The notes below the pieces were generated by a model. It made no database searches and was not told the origin of the DNA. It worked only from the letters and a program-made list of their open reading frames with translations. 64,000 nucleotides of DNA from Abditibacteriaceae bacterium. GTDB lineage: Bacteria > Armatimonadota > Abditibacteriia > Abditibacteriales > Abditibacteriaceae. Where the stretch lies: positions 64,001 through 128,000 of the forward strand of contig OZ255721.1 in NCBI GenBank assembly GCA_965277285.1, given 5' to 3'. This document shows positions 1 through 8,734 of the stretch, one piece after another (the stretch's first letter is position 1; every line of letters starts with the position of its first letter). The position numbers and the translations under genes were made by a program.

Positions 1-756
1 GGCGTCAGCGCGACGCAATTGTCGCCACGCGTCAATTTGTCTTATGCCTTGCAGCCCACTTTGATCGCGCGTTTGTCGTACAACCGCTTGTTCACGCAGC
101 CGCCTTTGGCCGAAGGCGCGACGCCGGGCGACTCGATTTTGCCAGCGCGCACCAACTTGTATGAAGGCAGCCTGGAAAAGGAGATTCGCGCCGGACAAAC
201 CGTCAAAATCGGCTACTATTACAAGCAACAGGCGAACGCCATCGATGTGGCGCTGCTCATCCCTGGTTCGCAAATCGGTATTTATCGTGCCGTGAACCTG
301 AAACGCGAAGCGGTACACGGTTTTGAATTGTCGTATGATTTCACGCCGCGCAACAACATCGGCCCCAATGCTTTTTTGGCCTACACTTACTCCACCGCCA
401 AATTCAACAACGATGACGGCCTGGGCTGGCAGTTCAACGACCACGACCAGCGCAACACGCTGAGCGCGGGTACCGGCTACAACTTCAAGAACGGCGCGTC
501 CGCTGCGGCCAGCGTTTATTACGGCAGCGGTACCGCATCCAGCGTTTTGTACGATGGTGGCTCGCGTCAGGCGCGCACGCGCGTCGATTTGAACTTGTCC
601 ACTGGGCCAAAACTGTTCAAAGGCTACGGCGGCCTGCGCTTAGATGTCGATAACTTGTTCGACGACCGCAGCCTGGTCAACTTCAATTCCGACTTCAGCG
701 GCACGCGTTTTCAGCAAGGCCGCAGCGTCGTGTTATCCGCTTTCACCAGCTTTTAA
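1..756 (+). CDS. TonB-dependent outer-membrane receptor, C-terminal part (5' end outside window)
   Basis: Frame open from base 1; alternating beta-strand pattern, LDVDNLFD motif near the C-terminus, terminal Phe; exbB/exbD/tonB follow. Confidence 0.85.
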   Translation, partial: GVSATQLSPRVNLSYALQPTLIARLSYNRLFTQPPLAEGATPGDSILPARTNLYEGSLEKEIRAGQTVKIGYYYKQQANAIDVALLIPGSQIGIYRAVNLKREAVHGFELSYDFTPRNNIGPNAFLAYTYSTAKFNNDDGLGWQFNDHDQRNTLSAGTGYNFKNGASAAASVYYGSGTASSVLYDGGSRQARTRVDLNLSTGPKLFKGYGGLRLDVDNLFDDRSLVNFNSDFSGTRFQQGRSVVLSAFTSF

Positions 757-765
757 TGGCGACAA

Positions 766-832
766 TTCAATCGTGGCGAGTGCGCGAAAAGTCGGTTCTT
801 TCTCCGACTTTCGCACACTTGCTATGATTGAA
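766..832. terminator. Long imperfect hairpin just after the receptor stop (possible terminator or repeat)
   Basis: ttcaatcgtggcgagtgcgcgaaaagtcgg pairs imperfectly (G-U, one bulge) with ccgactttcgcacacttgctatgattgaa. Confidence 0.45.
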
Positions 833-963
833 TCGCCTTTCGAGTACTCGAATCGAGTACTCGAACGAACTCAGAAACTGTTTTGGAAAAACGTGAGTTT
901 GCCTTTTTGAGTGCGTATAAAAAGTCCGCACAAGACCGCCAAACTCCTGCTTTGTCATTCTAA

Positions 964-1820
964 GAGGGTGTATAGGAAAGGGTTAGACTTACATTTATGA
1001 AACGCCAGAGCTATCCCAGTGATTTGAGCGAGGCACAATGGCAAGTGCTGCGCCCTTTGATCGAGCCACAGCGTGCGCGCGGTACGCGCAGGCTTTACGC
1101 CCAACGCGAGATCGTCAACGCTTTGTTGTATCAGTTGACCAACGGCTGCTCGTGGCGTGCTTTGCCTCACGATTTTCCGCCTTACACTGTGGTTTGGTAT
1201 CACTTCCGGCGCTGGCGTGACAACGGCACTCTCGAAGGTATCCACAGTTCGTTGCGTTCTCAAGTGCGCCAGGCCGATGGACGGGATGAGGCGCCCAGCG
1301 CAGCGATTCTGGACAGCCAGAGCGTCAAAACCACAGAAAAAGGGGGCCAAAAGGCTTTGATGCAGCCAAGAAAATAAAAGGGCGCAAGCGTCATATTCTA
1401 GTGGATACCAACGGCTTGTTGTTGCAAGTGTGTGTTCATGCTGCCAACGTTCAAGAGCGTGACGGAGCCAAATTACTTTTGCAAGACAAAGCCCTGTGGC
1501 GCTTTCCTTCACAACGTTTGCAGTTGATTTGGGCGGATGCAGGCTACTGGGGACACAAGTTCGCGGCTTGGGTGCGAGAAAACTGTGGCGTTGCGCTCCG
1601 AGTGATAAGCCGCAATGCCCTGGTGAACCGTCAATATGAAAACAAAGGCTACGTGCCGTTGCCGCGTCGCTGGGTTGTCGAAAGAACTTTTGCATGGTTG
1701 GGAAGATGTCGAAGGCTTTCAAAAGACTATGAGCAAAATGTCAAATCAAGTGAAACCTGGATTTATCTCGCCATGATCCGGCTTATGCTCCGAAGGCTTG
1801 CGTGATTCCTATACACCCTC
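964..1820 (+). mobile_element. IS5-family insertion sequence
   Basis: Perfect 15-bp terminal inverted repeats GAGGGTGTATAGGAA (964-978) / TTCCTATACACCCTC (1806-1820); two-ORF DDE transposase inside; flanked by TAA and TCA. Confidence 0.93.
997..1805 (+). CDS. IS5-family transposase, two frames joined by a -1 frameshift near 1337-1346
   Basis: OrfA has [29 protein letters not shown]; the -1 frame continues [49 protein letters not shown] at the junction. Confidence 0.9.
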
Positions 1821-1934
1821 TCAGAATGACAAACTGCGAGTTTCAAGCGTTTTTGGGACTTTGTTCTCACCCTCTCAAAAGGACAAACTCAAAAAACTTC
1901 CTCGTTTTGTCAGGAACCCAAGGATTCAAATTTC

Positions 1935-2654
1935 ATGAACATTTTGCATTTCATTCAGGCTGGCGGTTGGATTATGTATCCTCTGCTGGCGTTGTCGCTG
2001 GCGGCAGGCGCCGTCATCATCGAGCGTATTCTGGCGTTTCGCCAACTGGGAAGCGTCGCGCCCGGGCTTTTGCCGCGCGTCATCGCACTCTGCGAAAGCA
2101 GTCAATACGACGAAGCGTTGCAAGAATGCCGCGCGCAAAACGGGCCGGTCGCGGCGTGTCTGGCGGTTGTGCTGGAGCATCGCGGGCAGCCCATCGCGCG
2201 CGTCGAACGCTGGGTCGAAGAAGCCGGACAGGAATACTTCATTCGTCTGGAACGGATGCTGCCGTTTCTCGATACGACGACCACGATTTCGCCTTTAATG
2301 GGCTTGCTGGGGACGATTGTCGGCATGATCGGCGCCTTCAACGCGATCAGTGCGCAAAAAGCTGGCAGCGGCACGGACGCGGTTTTGGGCGGCGTCGCGG
2401 AAGCGCTTTATGCGACGGCGACCGGCATCACCATCGCCGTCATTTGCTTCATCTCTTACAACTATTTCGCTTCGCGCGCGCGCAATATCACGGCGGAAAC
2501 CGAAATGGCTTCCACCAAACTGATCAACGTGCTCAGCGAGCAGCACTTCGATGCGGCGCGTTCGGTAGCTTCAGGCGCGGCCACATCGAGTACTCGAAAC
2601 GCGGAATCGCTTGCAGTGGCCTCCAAAACTGCGGAGGCGTCTCGTGCAATTTAA
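1935..2654 (+). CDS. exbB: MotA/TolQ/ExbB proton channel family protein
   Basis: GGWIMYPL, SPLMGLLGTIVGMI, ALYATATG motifs; next to exbD and tonB. Confidence 0.9.
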   Translation: MNILHFIQAGGWIMYPLLALSLAAGAVIIERILAFRQLGSVAPGLLPRVIALCESSQYDEALQECRAQNGPVAACLAVVLEHRGQPIARVERWVEEAGQEYFIRLERMLPFLDTTTTISPLMGLLGTIVGMIGAFNAISAQKAGSGTDAVLGGVAEALYATATGITIAVICFISYNYFASRARNITAETEMASTKLINVLSEQHFDAARSVASGAATSSTRNAESLAVASKTAEASRAI

Positions 2655-3156
2655 GCAACGCCGCGAACTCAAGCGCACCAAAATCGAAATCATCCCGATG
2701 ATCGACACGATTTTCTTCCTGCTGGTTTTCTTTATGCTGTCGAGCTTGGCGCTCACCAAACTCAACGGCTTGCCGGTCAACCTTCCCAAAGCCAACACCG
2801 CGCCCAAGCAAGCGCCCAGCGAATTGACGATTACCATCGACAAAAACCGCCAGCTTTACGTCAACAAGGAAGCGGCTACCGAAGCGACTCTGGAAAGCCT
2901 GCTGGTGCAAAAAGCGGGCGGCGCGCACGCCGATTTATCCAGCGCGACCGTGATTATTAACGCCGATTTGAGCGTTCCTCACGGGCTTGTCGTGCGCTGT
3001 ATCGACCAATCGCGCGAGGTCGGCATTGTGCATTTCGCTATCGCCACCGCCGACCCCGGAGCCGGTTCCCCAGTCGACGCTCCGGCAAATCCGACGACTT
3101 CAGCGACTGCGACAACTGCGACAAATCCAACTTCAGCGGCTCCGACAACGCCTTAA
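2644..3156 (+). CDS. exbD: ExbD/TolR biopolymer transport protein
   Basis: [24 protein letters not shown] motifs; GTG start overlapping the exbB end. Confidence 0.9.
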   Translation: MQFKQRRELKRTKIEIIPMIDTIFFLLVFFMLSSLALTKLNGLPVNLPKANTAPKQAPSELTITIDKNRQLYVNKEAATEATLESLLVQKAGGAHADLSSATVIINADLSVPHGLVVRCIDQSREVGIVHFAIATADPGAGSPVDAPANPTTSATATTATNPTSAAPTTP

Positions 3157-3172
3157 ATTAAGGAGGAAATTC

Positions 3173-4300
3173 ATGTCATCTCGTCCTCCCAATGCGCGGC
3201 TGCCCATCGAGTACTCGAAGCTGGGCGATGCGCTGGCGCAAATCGACCGTCGCTTGAAGACGCGTTTTTTATGGGCGCTCGGTTTTTCGATACTCGCCAA
3301 CCTCGTCTTGTGGCGCATCGTTTCGAGCATTGCGCAAAGCCGCACGCTCATTCATCCACAACCCATCGAAATCACGCGGCTTATTGTGACAGCCAAAGGT
3401 CAGCGCGTGGTGAAGACCATTGCACCACAGGAATCCGAGAAACGCGTGCAACAAATCCGCCGCACGTTGCCGTCGCCTGTAAAAATACCTGTCGAACCTA
3501 AACGACCACAGCGCGAAATCATCGCGCCGCCCATTCGCAACCAACAAGCGCACCCGCGTCGCGCGCCGGACGCAGCCCGACGACCGCTCGACAACAAGAC
3601 GCAGAATTTCAAACCTGACACGACGACCAAACCCTCGGGGCACAAGCTGTTGACAGACACTTCAACCTCGTCCACCTCGAGTCATACGGTCGCTCAAGGC
3701 GCAGGCACGCGTCCTGGCACAACGTCAAGCCACCAGGGTTCGACGGCTCAGCCGACATCAACGCCGGAACGCGGCTCGACCAGCAACGCCGCCGGTTCGC
3801 AGACACCCAGCGCAACGCCCGACAACGGAGGAGATCAACAATCGAAGGACAATACGAACGGCAACACGACGCCAACACCCGAACCAACGCCAATTCCAAC
3901 ACCGATTCCAACGCCAAGACCGACACCGCTGCCCACACCCCAACCAACTCCCAGGCCGACGCCGCGACCAACGCCAGAACCAACGCCACGCCCAACGCCT
4001 GAACCGACACCGCGCCCGACGCCCAAAGGCCCGACGCGCGATGCCGAAGCGACGCGCCAGGCGCAACCCGACATTCCCGATGAGTTGCGCCAGGAACAGT
4101 TCAAATCGTATGTGCGAGCGCGCGTCGTAGTTCACGCCGACGGCAGTTTCGATGTGTCGTTGCGCGGCTCGTCCGGCAACTCGCAAATCGACGATCTGGC
4201 GCTTTCGGCTTTACAGCGATGGAAATGGAAACCCGCGCTTAAAGATGGCGAACCCGTCGAAAGCACACAATACTTTCGCTTCGATTTTGAAGTGCAATAG
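3173..4300 (+). CDS. tonB: Energy transducer TonB
   Basis: AGGAGG before ATG; N-terminal TM helix, PTP-rich repeats, C-terminal [22 protein letters not shown] domain. Confidence 0.88.
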   Translation: MSSRPPNARLPIEYSKLGDALAQIDRRLKTRFLWALGFSILANLVLWRIVSSIAQSRTLIHPQPIEITRLIVTAKGQRVVKTIAPQESEKRVQQIRRTLPSPVKIPVEPKRPQREIIAPPIRNQQAHPRRAPDAARRPLDNKTQNFKPDTTTKPSGHKLLTDTSTSSTSSHTVAQGAGTRPGTTSSHQGSTAQPTSTPERGSTSNAAGSQTPSATPDNGGDQQSKDNTNGNTTPTPEPTPIPTPIPTPRPTPLPTPQPTPRPTPRPTPEPTPRPTPEPTPRPTPKGPTRDAEATRQAQPDIPDELRQEQFKSYVRARVVVHADGSFDVSLRGSSGNSQIDDLALSALQRWKWKPALKDGEPVESTQYFRFDFEVQ

Positions 4301-4321
4301 CGTTTTTCGTAAAACCACTGG

Positions 4322-4357
4322 CAAGGCGCTGCTTCGAGTACTCGAAGCAGCGCCTTG
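4322..4357. repeat. 36-bp perfect palindrome centred on the iterated motif, after tonB
   Basis: CAAGGCGCTGCTTCGAGT|ACTCGAAGCAGCGCCTTG. Confidence 0.95.
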
Positions 4358-4490
4358 TTGTATGCGGGCGAGCTTTCAGCGGGATTTTTGAAACTGGCAA
4401 AAGCCGTGACCTCTTCTCAAATAGCTGGTTGTTGGAGTAACATTAGAGGTCGAACACGTCGCGCTTCATGGTGCCTGCGCTCTTTTCTTT

Positions 4491-4889
4491 ATGTCTCGCC
4501 TTTTTGCACGCCACGATTTACGCCGTCCGCAACTCTGGATTTTGTTGTGGATGTTGCCGTATTTCGTCTTCAGCGTGTGGGCATCGCCGCTGCATTTTCA
4601 CTCGCCCGATGGCCGCGACATTTCGCTGAGCGCGCTCGCCCAACAATCGAGTACTCGATTTTCGCCGTATGCGCCGCATCAGATAGAAAAAACGAGCGCC
4701 ACCAAAGACGCGGGCGAATGTTTCCTTTGCGAATGGAGCGCGTACGCCGCCAAGATCATTGCCGCTGCGACTTTTTATCGTCCTTCGCAACGCGCGCAAA
4801 TCGTGGCAGTTGAAACGCCGCAATCTTCCCGTTTTCTCCTCGCGCGCATCTCGCGCAATCGTGGCCCGCCTTCTGTGTTTTCGCTGTAA
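4491..4889 (+). CDS. Small DUF2946-like protein / putative regulatory leader ORF
   Basis: Hydrophobic N-terminal segment, HFH, CFLC (CxxC), C-terminal RGPP; sits upstream of metal-uptake genes. Confidence 0.65.
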   Translation: MSRLFARHDLRRPQLWILLWMLPYFVFSVWASPLHFHSPDGRDISLSALAQQSSTRFSPYAPHQIEKTSATKDAGECFLCEWSAYAAKIIAAATFYRPSQRAQIVAVETPQSSRFLLARISRNRGPPSVFSL

Positions 4890-4998
4890 AAACCGCGCTT
4901 CATTCTTAAAGTGAGCGCAGCTTGCACGCGTTCGACATCGTTTTGTCGAATGGCGCGACGTTGTGCCGCGTTTCGCACGAAAATACAGGAGACAACTT

Positions 4999-6621
4999 AT
5001 GAAATCGCGCCTTGCCGCGACTTTCGCCCTCGGCCTGACCGCATTTGCGGCGGCTCCCTTGTGGGCGCAAAACGCCAGCCCCGAAGACCAGAACATTCCC
5101 GACCAAGACACGCCGACCATGCCAGCGGCGAACAATTCAAACAACGCCAGCGCGACGCCAACACCCGCGCCCGTTCCATCAACAACGCCGAATCCGACAA
5201 CGCCGAACAGTGACACAACGAACCAGAATGCGTCTTCTGGAACGATGGCCGCAACGCCAGGCGACGCCAGCAGCGGCGACATGAGCGGCACCAAAGCGCC
5301 GGAAGACCAGACGCTTGGCGACACCGATGTTTCGCCTTCGAGTGCAGCCAACACGGCTGTTGCGACGCCAACGCCATCGACTTCGACAACGCAAACGCCG
5401 ACTTCTTCCACCGACATGGTGATGATTCCGCGCGCCGTGTGGGAACAATTGCAAAACGATGTCGCCCAACTCAAGGCTGAACGCGCGGGCGCAACTGCGG
5501 CGTCGCCAACTGTTCCGGCTGAAGCGAACAGCGGCGAATCGAGTACTGGAAATGCGGGCGGCGAAGAAGCGGCTCCCGCGGCGCCGCGCAATTATCTGGC
5601 GCTGCCCGACATCAGCCTGATTTTGCAAGCCAAAGGTTTGCTCAGTTCCGACAAGCGCGATCCGGGTCGCACGCGGCTGAACTTGTCCGAAGGCGAACTG
5701 GGAGTTCAAGGCTATGTTTATCCGGGCGTGAAAGCCGACGCCTTTATCGTCGGTTCGCCTTCGGAAGACCAGTCGTTTCAGTTTGAAGAAGGTTATCTGA
5801 CGTTTTTGGGTGTCGCCAAAGGCTTGAACATCAACGTCGGGCGCAAGTTCGCGCCGTTTGGCCGCACCGGAGAATTGCACAACCATTCGTGGTTGTATCC
5901 GCGCCAATTGCTGCCGATTCAAAACTTAGTGTCGGACGAAGCTCTGGTCGGCGATGGCGTCAACTTCAACTATCTTTTTCCGACCAAAGGCGCGTTGTTT
6001 GTGCGCGGCAGCCTGGGCTTTTTCAGCGGCGAAGGCACCGATACGCGCATCAACCTGAGCAATCCGTCCGATCCGTTTTTCGGCGGCGTTCCGGGCGGCA
6101 CGACAGCCGGTTTCACCAAGCGTTTCATCAATGCGCGCTTGTGGGCGGGCGATTCCATCGGCGAAAACAGCGAAATCGAGTTCGGTCTTTCGCGCGCGCA
6201 TGGCACATCAGAAATCACCGACGATGCGGCCAATCGCTACGATGGCAACGTTACTTTGACCGGCGCCGATGTTTCGTTTCGCCATTTCATGGGTGGCGGA
6301 CGACGGCTTTTGCTGCGCTCCGAATACTTCCTGCATCAGCCCGATTCGAGCCTGCCGACGCGTCGCGCCAGCGGTTATTACGCGCTGGCCAATATGCGCC
6401 TTGATCCATACAAAGACATCGGTTTGCTGTATGAGGAATCCGGCTTCCCGCAGACTTCAGGACACGAAAACGCGCTGTCCCTGATCTACACCAAGCAGTT
6501 CACCGAACAGTTTTATGGTCGCATTATGGCCACGCACGGCGACCGTCCCGGCGGCAGCTACAACGAAATTCGCCTGCAATTTACCGCAGGTCTGGGGCCG
6601 CACACGCACAACTTGGAGTAG
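4999..6621 (+). CDS. Outer-membrane beta-barrel protein, probable metal-uptake porin/receptor
   Basis: AGGAG RBS, signal peptide, low-complexity linker, short coiled coil, barrel-like region (PDISLI, EEGYLT, GRKFAPFG..ELHNH), His-containing C-terminus GPHTHNLE. Confidence 0.7.
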   Translation: MKSRLAATFALGLTAFAAAPLWAQNASPEDQNIPDQDTPTMPAANNSNNASATPTPAPVPSTTPNPTTPNSDTTNQNASSGTMAATPGDASSGDMSGTKAPEDQTLGDTDVSPSSAANTAVATPTPSTSTTQTPTSSTDMVMIPRAVWEQLQNDVAQLKAERAGATAASPTVPAEANSGESSTGNAGGEEAAPAAPRNYLALPDISLILQAKGLLSSDKRDPGRTRLNLSEGELGVQGYVYPGVKADAFIVGSPSEDQSFQFEEGYLTFLGVAKGLNINVGRKFAPFGRTGELHNHSWLYPRQLLPIQNLVSDEALVGDGVNFNYLFPTKGALFVRGSLGFFSGEGTDTRINLSNPSDPFFGGVPGGTTAGFTKRFINARLWAGDSIGENSEIEFGLSRAHGTSEITDDAANRYDGNVTLTGADVSFRHFMGGGRRLLLRSEYFLHQPDSSLPTRRASGYYALANMRLDPYKDIGLLYEESGFPQTSGHENALSLIYTKQFTEQFYGRIMATHGDRPGGSYNEIRLQFTAGLGPHTHNLE

Positions 6622-6632
6622 AGAAACGTTTC

Positions 6633-6660
6633 GTACGGGCTTGGCGCGCCAAGCCCGTAC
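6633..6660. repeat. 28-bp perfect palindrome (REP-like, same core as 28076-28182)
   Basis: GTACGGGCTTGGCG|CGCCAAGCCCGTAC. Confidence 0.85.
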
Positions 6661-6708
6661 ATCTCGCCAATTTACCAATCGAGTACTCGATACTCAAAGG
6701 AGACCCAA

Positions 6709-7638
6709 ATGCAGACGACACGACGCACTTTTGCAAAAACAGTATTTATGGCCGCCGCGACGTTGCTGCTCGGCGGAATGGCGCAAAGCGCGCAGGCCGC
6801 GATTCCGGTTGTGGCGACGTTGCCGGAATTGGCGGCGATCACACGCGAAGTTGGCGGCGCGGATGTTTCGGTTTATTCCGTCGCGCGCCCGAACCGCGAT
6901 TATCACCAGATCGAGCCGCGTCCCAGCGATGTTTCACGCGTGGCGCAGGCCAAACTCATCGTGCGCACGGGAATGCAATTTGAAATGTGGATGGATTCGC
7001 TGGCGAACGCGACCGGCAATTCCAGCCTGATGCCGAACGGCGCCAACGTCGTCAATTGCTCGGCGGGCATTCGTCGCCTGGACGTTCCGACGACCCAAAT
7101 CAACGGCGCGTCGGGCGATGTTCACGTCGATGGCAACCCACACTTTTACTACGATCCGGTTTACGCGAAATTCATTGCGCGCAACATTTTGAAGGGCTTG
7201 ATTCGCGTTGATGGCGCGCACGCGGGAAATTACCGCGCCAATTACCTGCGCTTCAACGCGCAAATTGACGCGCACATGGTGACGTGGCGCCGCGAACTCG
7301 CGCCGTTCGCGGGCAAAAGCGTCGTGACGTATCACGAGAACTTCGCCTATTTTCTGCGCCGCTTCGGCTTGCGTGAATTCGGCCATCTGGAACCCAAACC
7401 AGGCATTCCGCCCAGTGCCGGTCACGTCAGCGCACTAATTGCGAATATGAAGGCGAACGGCGTGCGCGCGGTCGTCATCGAAAGCATTTACCCGACGCGT
7501 TTTGCCGACTTGATCGCGCGTCGAACCGGCGCGCATTACGTCGTCGCGCCGTATTCGATTGGCAGCGAAGGCACGACCAATTACTTCAACTTCATGGACA
7601 AACTCGTCGCCTCGTTCCATGAGGCATTAAGTCAGTAA
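6709..7638 (+). CDS. Metal ABC transporter substrate-binding protein (ZnuA/TroA family)
   Basis: VVAT...EVGG, DYHQIEPRPSD, GDVH..GNPHFYYDP, YHENFAYF, EPKPGIPPSAGH; RR-containing signal peptide. Confidence 0.9.
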   Translation: MQTTRRTFAKTVFMAAATLLLGGMAQSAQAAIPVVATLPELAAITREVGGADVSVYSVARPNRDYHQIEPRPSDVSRVAQAKLIVRTGMQFEMWMDSLANATGNSSLMPNGANVVNCSAGIRRLDVPTTQINGASGDVHVDGNPHFYYDPVYAKFIARNILKGLIRVDGAHAGNYRANYLRFNAQIDAHMVTWRRELAPFAGKSVVTYHENFAYFLRRFGLREFGHLEPKPGIPPSAGHVSALIANMKANGVRAVVIESIYPTRFADLIARRTGAHYVVAPYSIGSEGTTNYFNFMDKLVASFHEALSQ

Positions 7639-7639
7639 G

Positions 7640-7842
7640 TTGAACCACCAAGGGCACCAAGAGAAAGGGAATTGAGTACTCGAAAGTAGAACTTTGTCAT
7701 TCTGAGCGCAGCGAAGAATCTAACTGAACATAGATTCTTCGCTGCGCTCAGAATGACAGACTGGGAGTTTGACAGTCTCTTTTACAACTCCTATACACCC
7801 TCTCAGAATGACATCTATTTCTCTGTGCTCTCTGTGGTTCAA
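7640..7842. repeat. Composite intergenic repeat: outer imperfect IR, motif variant, inner hairpin with 28-bp arms (7695-7758), orphan IS end
   Basis: Inner TGTCATTCTGAGCGCAGCGAAGAATCTA-actgaaca-TAGATTCTTCGCTGCGCTCAGAATGACA; outer ttgaaccac... / ...gtggttcaa. Confidence 0.85.
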
Positions 7843-7852
7843 AATCTTCGAT

Positions 7853-8590
7853 ATGACAAAAGAATTGCTTCAATTCGCCAATGTGGATTTAGGTTACGGC
7901 AAGCGGAAGATTTTGCAGGGCGTCGATTTTTCGCTGTCGGGCGGCGATTATCTGGCGATTGTTGGCTCCAATGGCAGCGGCAAAACCACGTTATTGCGCA
8001 CTTTGCTCGGGCTTTTGCGACCGCTTTCCGGCAAAGTTTCTTCCTCGCGCGAACTGCATTTCGGTTATGTGCCGCAGTTGCAAAGCGTCGATGAAATCTT
8101 CCCGCTGACGGTTCTCGAAGTCGTCCTGATGGGACGTTACGGGCGCTTGGGAATCGCGCGTCGCCCGACCAAAGACGACCACGAACGCGCGCTTGCCACC
8201 TTGCGAGAGGTCGGCATCGAGCACATGGCGCCGCGCTTGTACCGCGAACTTTCGGGCGGACAAAAACAGCGCACTCTCATCGCGCGCGCTTTAGTTGGCG
8301 AACCCGATATTTTGGTTTTGGACGAACACACCAACGACTTGGACATCGGCGCGGAAAAAGCGATCATGGCGTTGATCGACCGCTTGCATCAGGAACATCA
8401 ACTGGCGGTTGTGATGGTCAGCCATTCGCTGAACACGGTCGCTAACCATTGCCAGCAAATCGGCATCATCCGCGACGGCGCCTGCCGTTTCGCGCCCGTG
8501 CCGGAAATTATGAACGAAGCCTATTTGCGCGAATTATACGGCGTGCCACTTCGAGTACTCGAAGTCGAAGGCCAACGCGTCATTGTGTAG
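7853..8590 (+). CDS. Metal ABC transporter ATP-binding protein
   Basis: GSNGSGKT Walker A, GYVPQ, LSGGQKQR signature, ILVLDE Walker B, VSH. Confidence 0.92.
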   Translation: MTKELLQFANVDLGYGKRKILQGVDFSLSGGDYLAIVGSNGSGKTTLLRTLLGLLRPLSGKVSSSRELHFGYVPQLQSVDEIFPLTVLEVVLMGRYGRLGIARRPTKDDHERALATLREVGIEHMAPRLYRELSGGQKQRTLIARALVGEPDILVLDEHTNDLDIGAEKAIMALIDRLHQEHQLAVVMVSHSLNTVANHCQQIGIIRDGACRFAPVPEIMNEAYLRELYGVPLRVLEVEGQRVIV

Positions 8591-8592
8591 AA

Positions 8593-8715
8593 AACGAACC
8601 CGAAGCGTAAGCGAGGGAAATGTAACTGAAGGATGAATATGAGAGATGAAGGATGAGGGTTAGACTGCTCGATCTTTCATCCTTCTGCCTCCCTCGCTCA
8701 CGCTTCGGGTTCGTT
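8593..8715. repeat. AACGAACCCGAAGCGTAAGCGA-family inverted repeat
   Basis: aacgaacccgaagcgtaagcgaggg ... ccctcgctcacgcttcgggttcgtt. Confidence 0.85.
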
Positions 8716-8734
8716 AATTTGATTTCTGATTTGT

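Noticed and set aside
964..1820. Absence of the motif from the IS as proof of recent acquisition
   Set aside because: At about one copy per kb, an 857-bp motif-free stretch is not informative
1830..1935. Fur/Zur box upstream of exbB or the metal operon
   Set aside because: No convincing palindromic operator identified by eye
3868..4025. DNA tandem repeat in tonB
   Set aside because: Degenerate codons encoding the normal proline-rich TonB spacer
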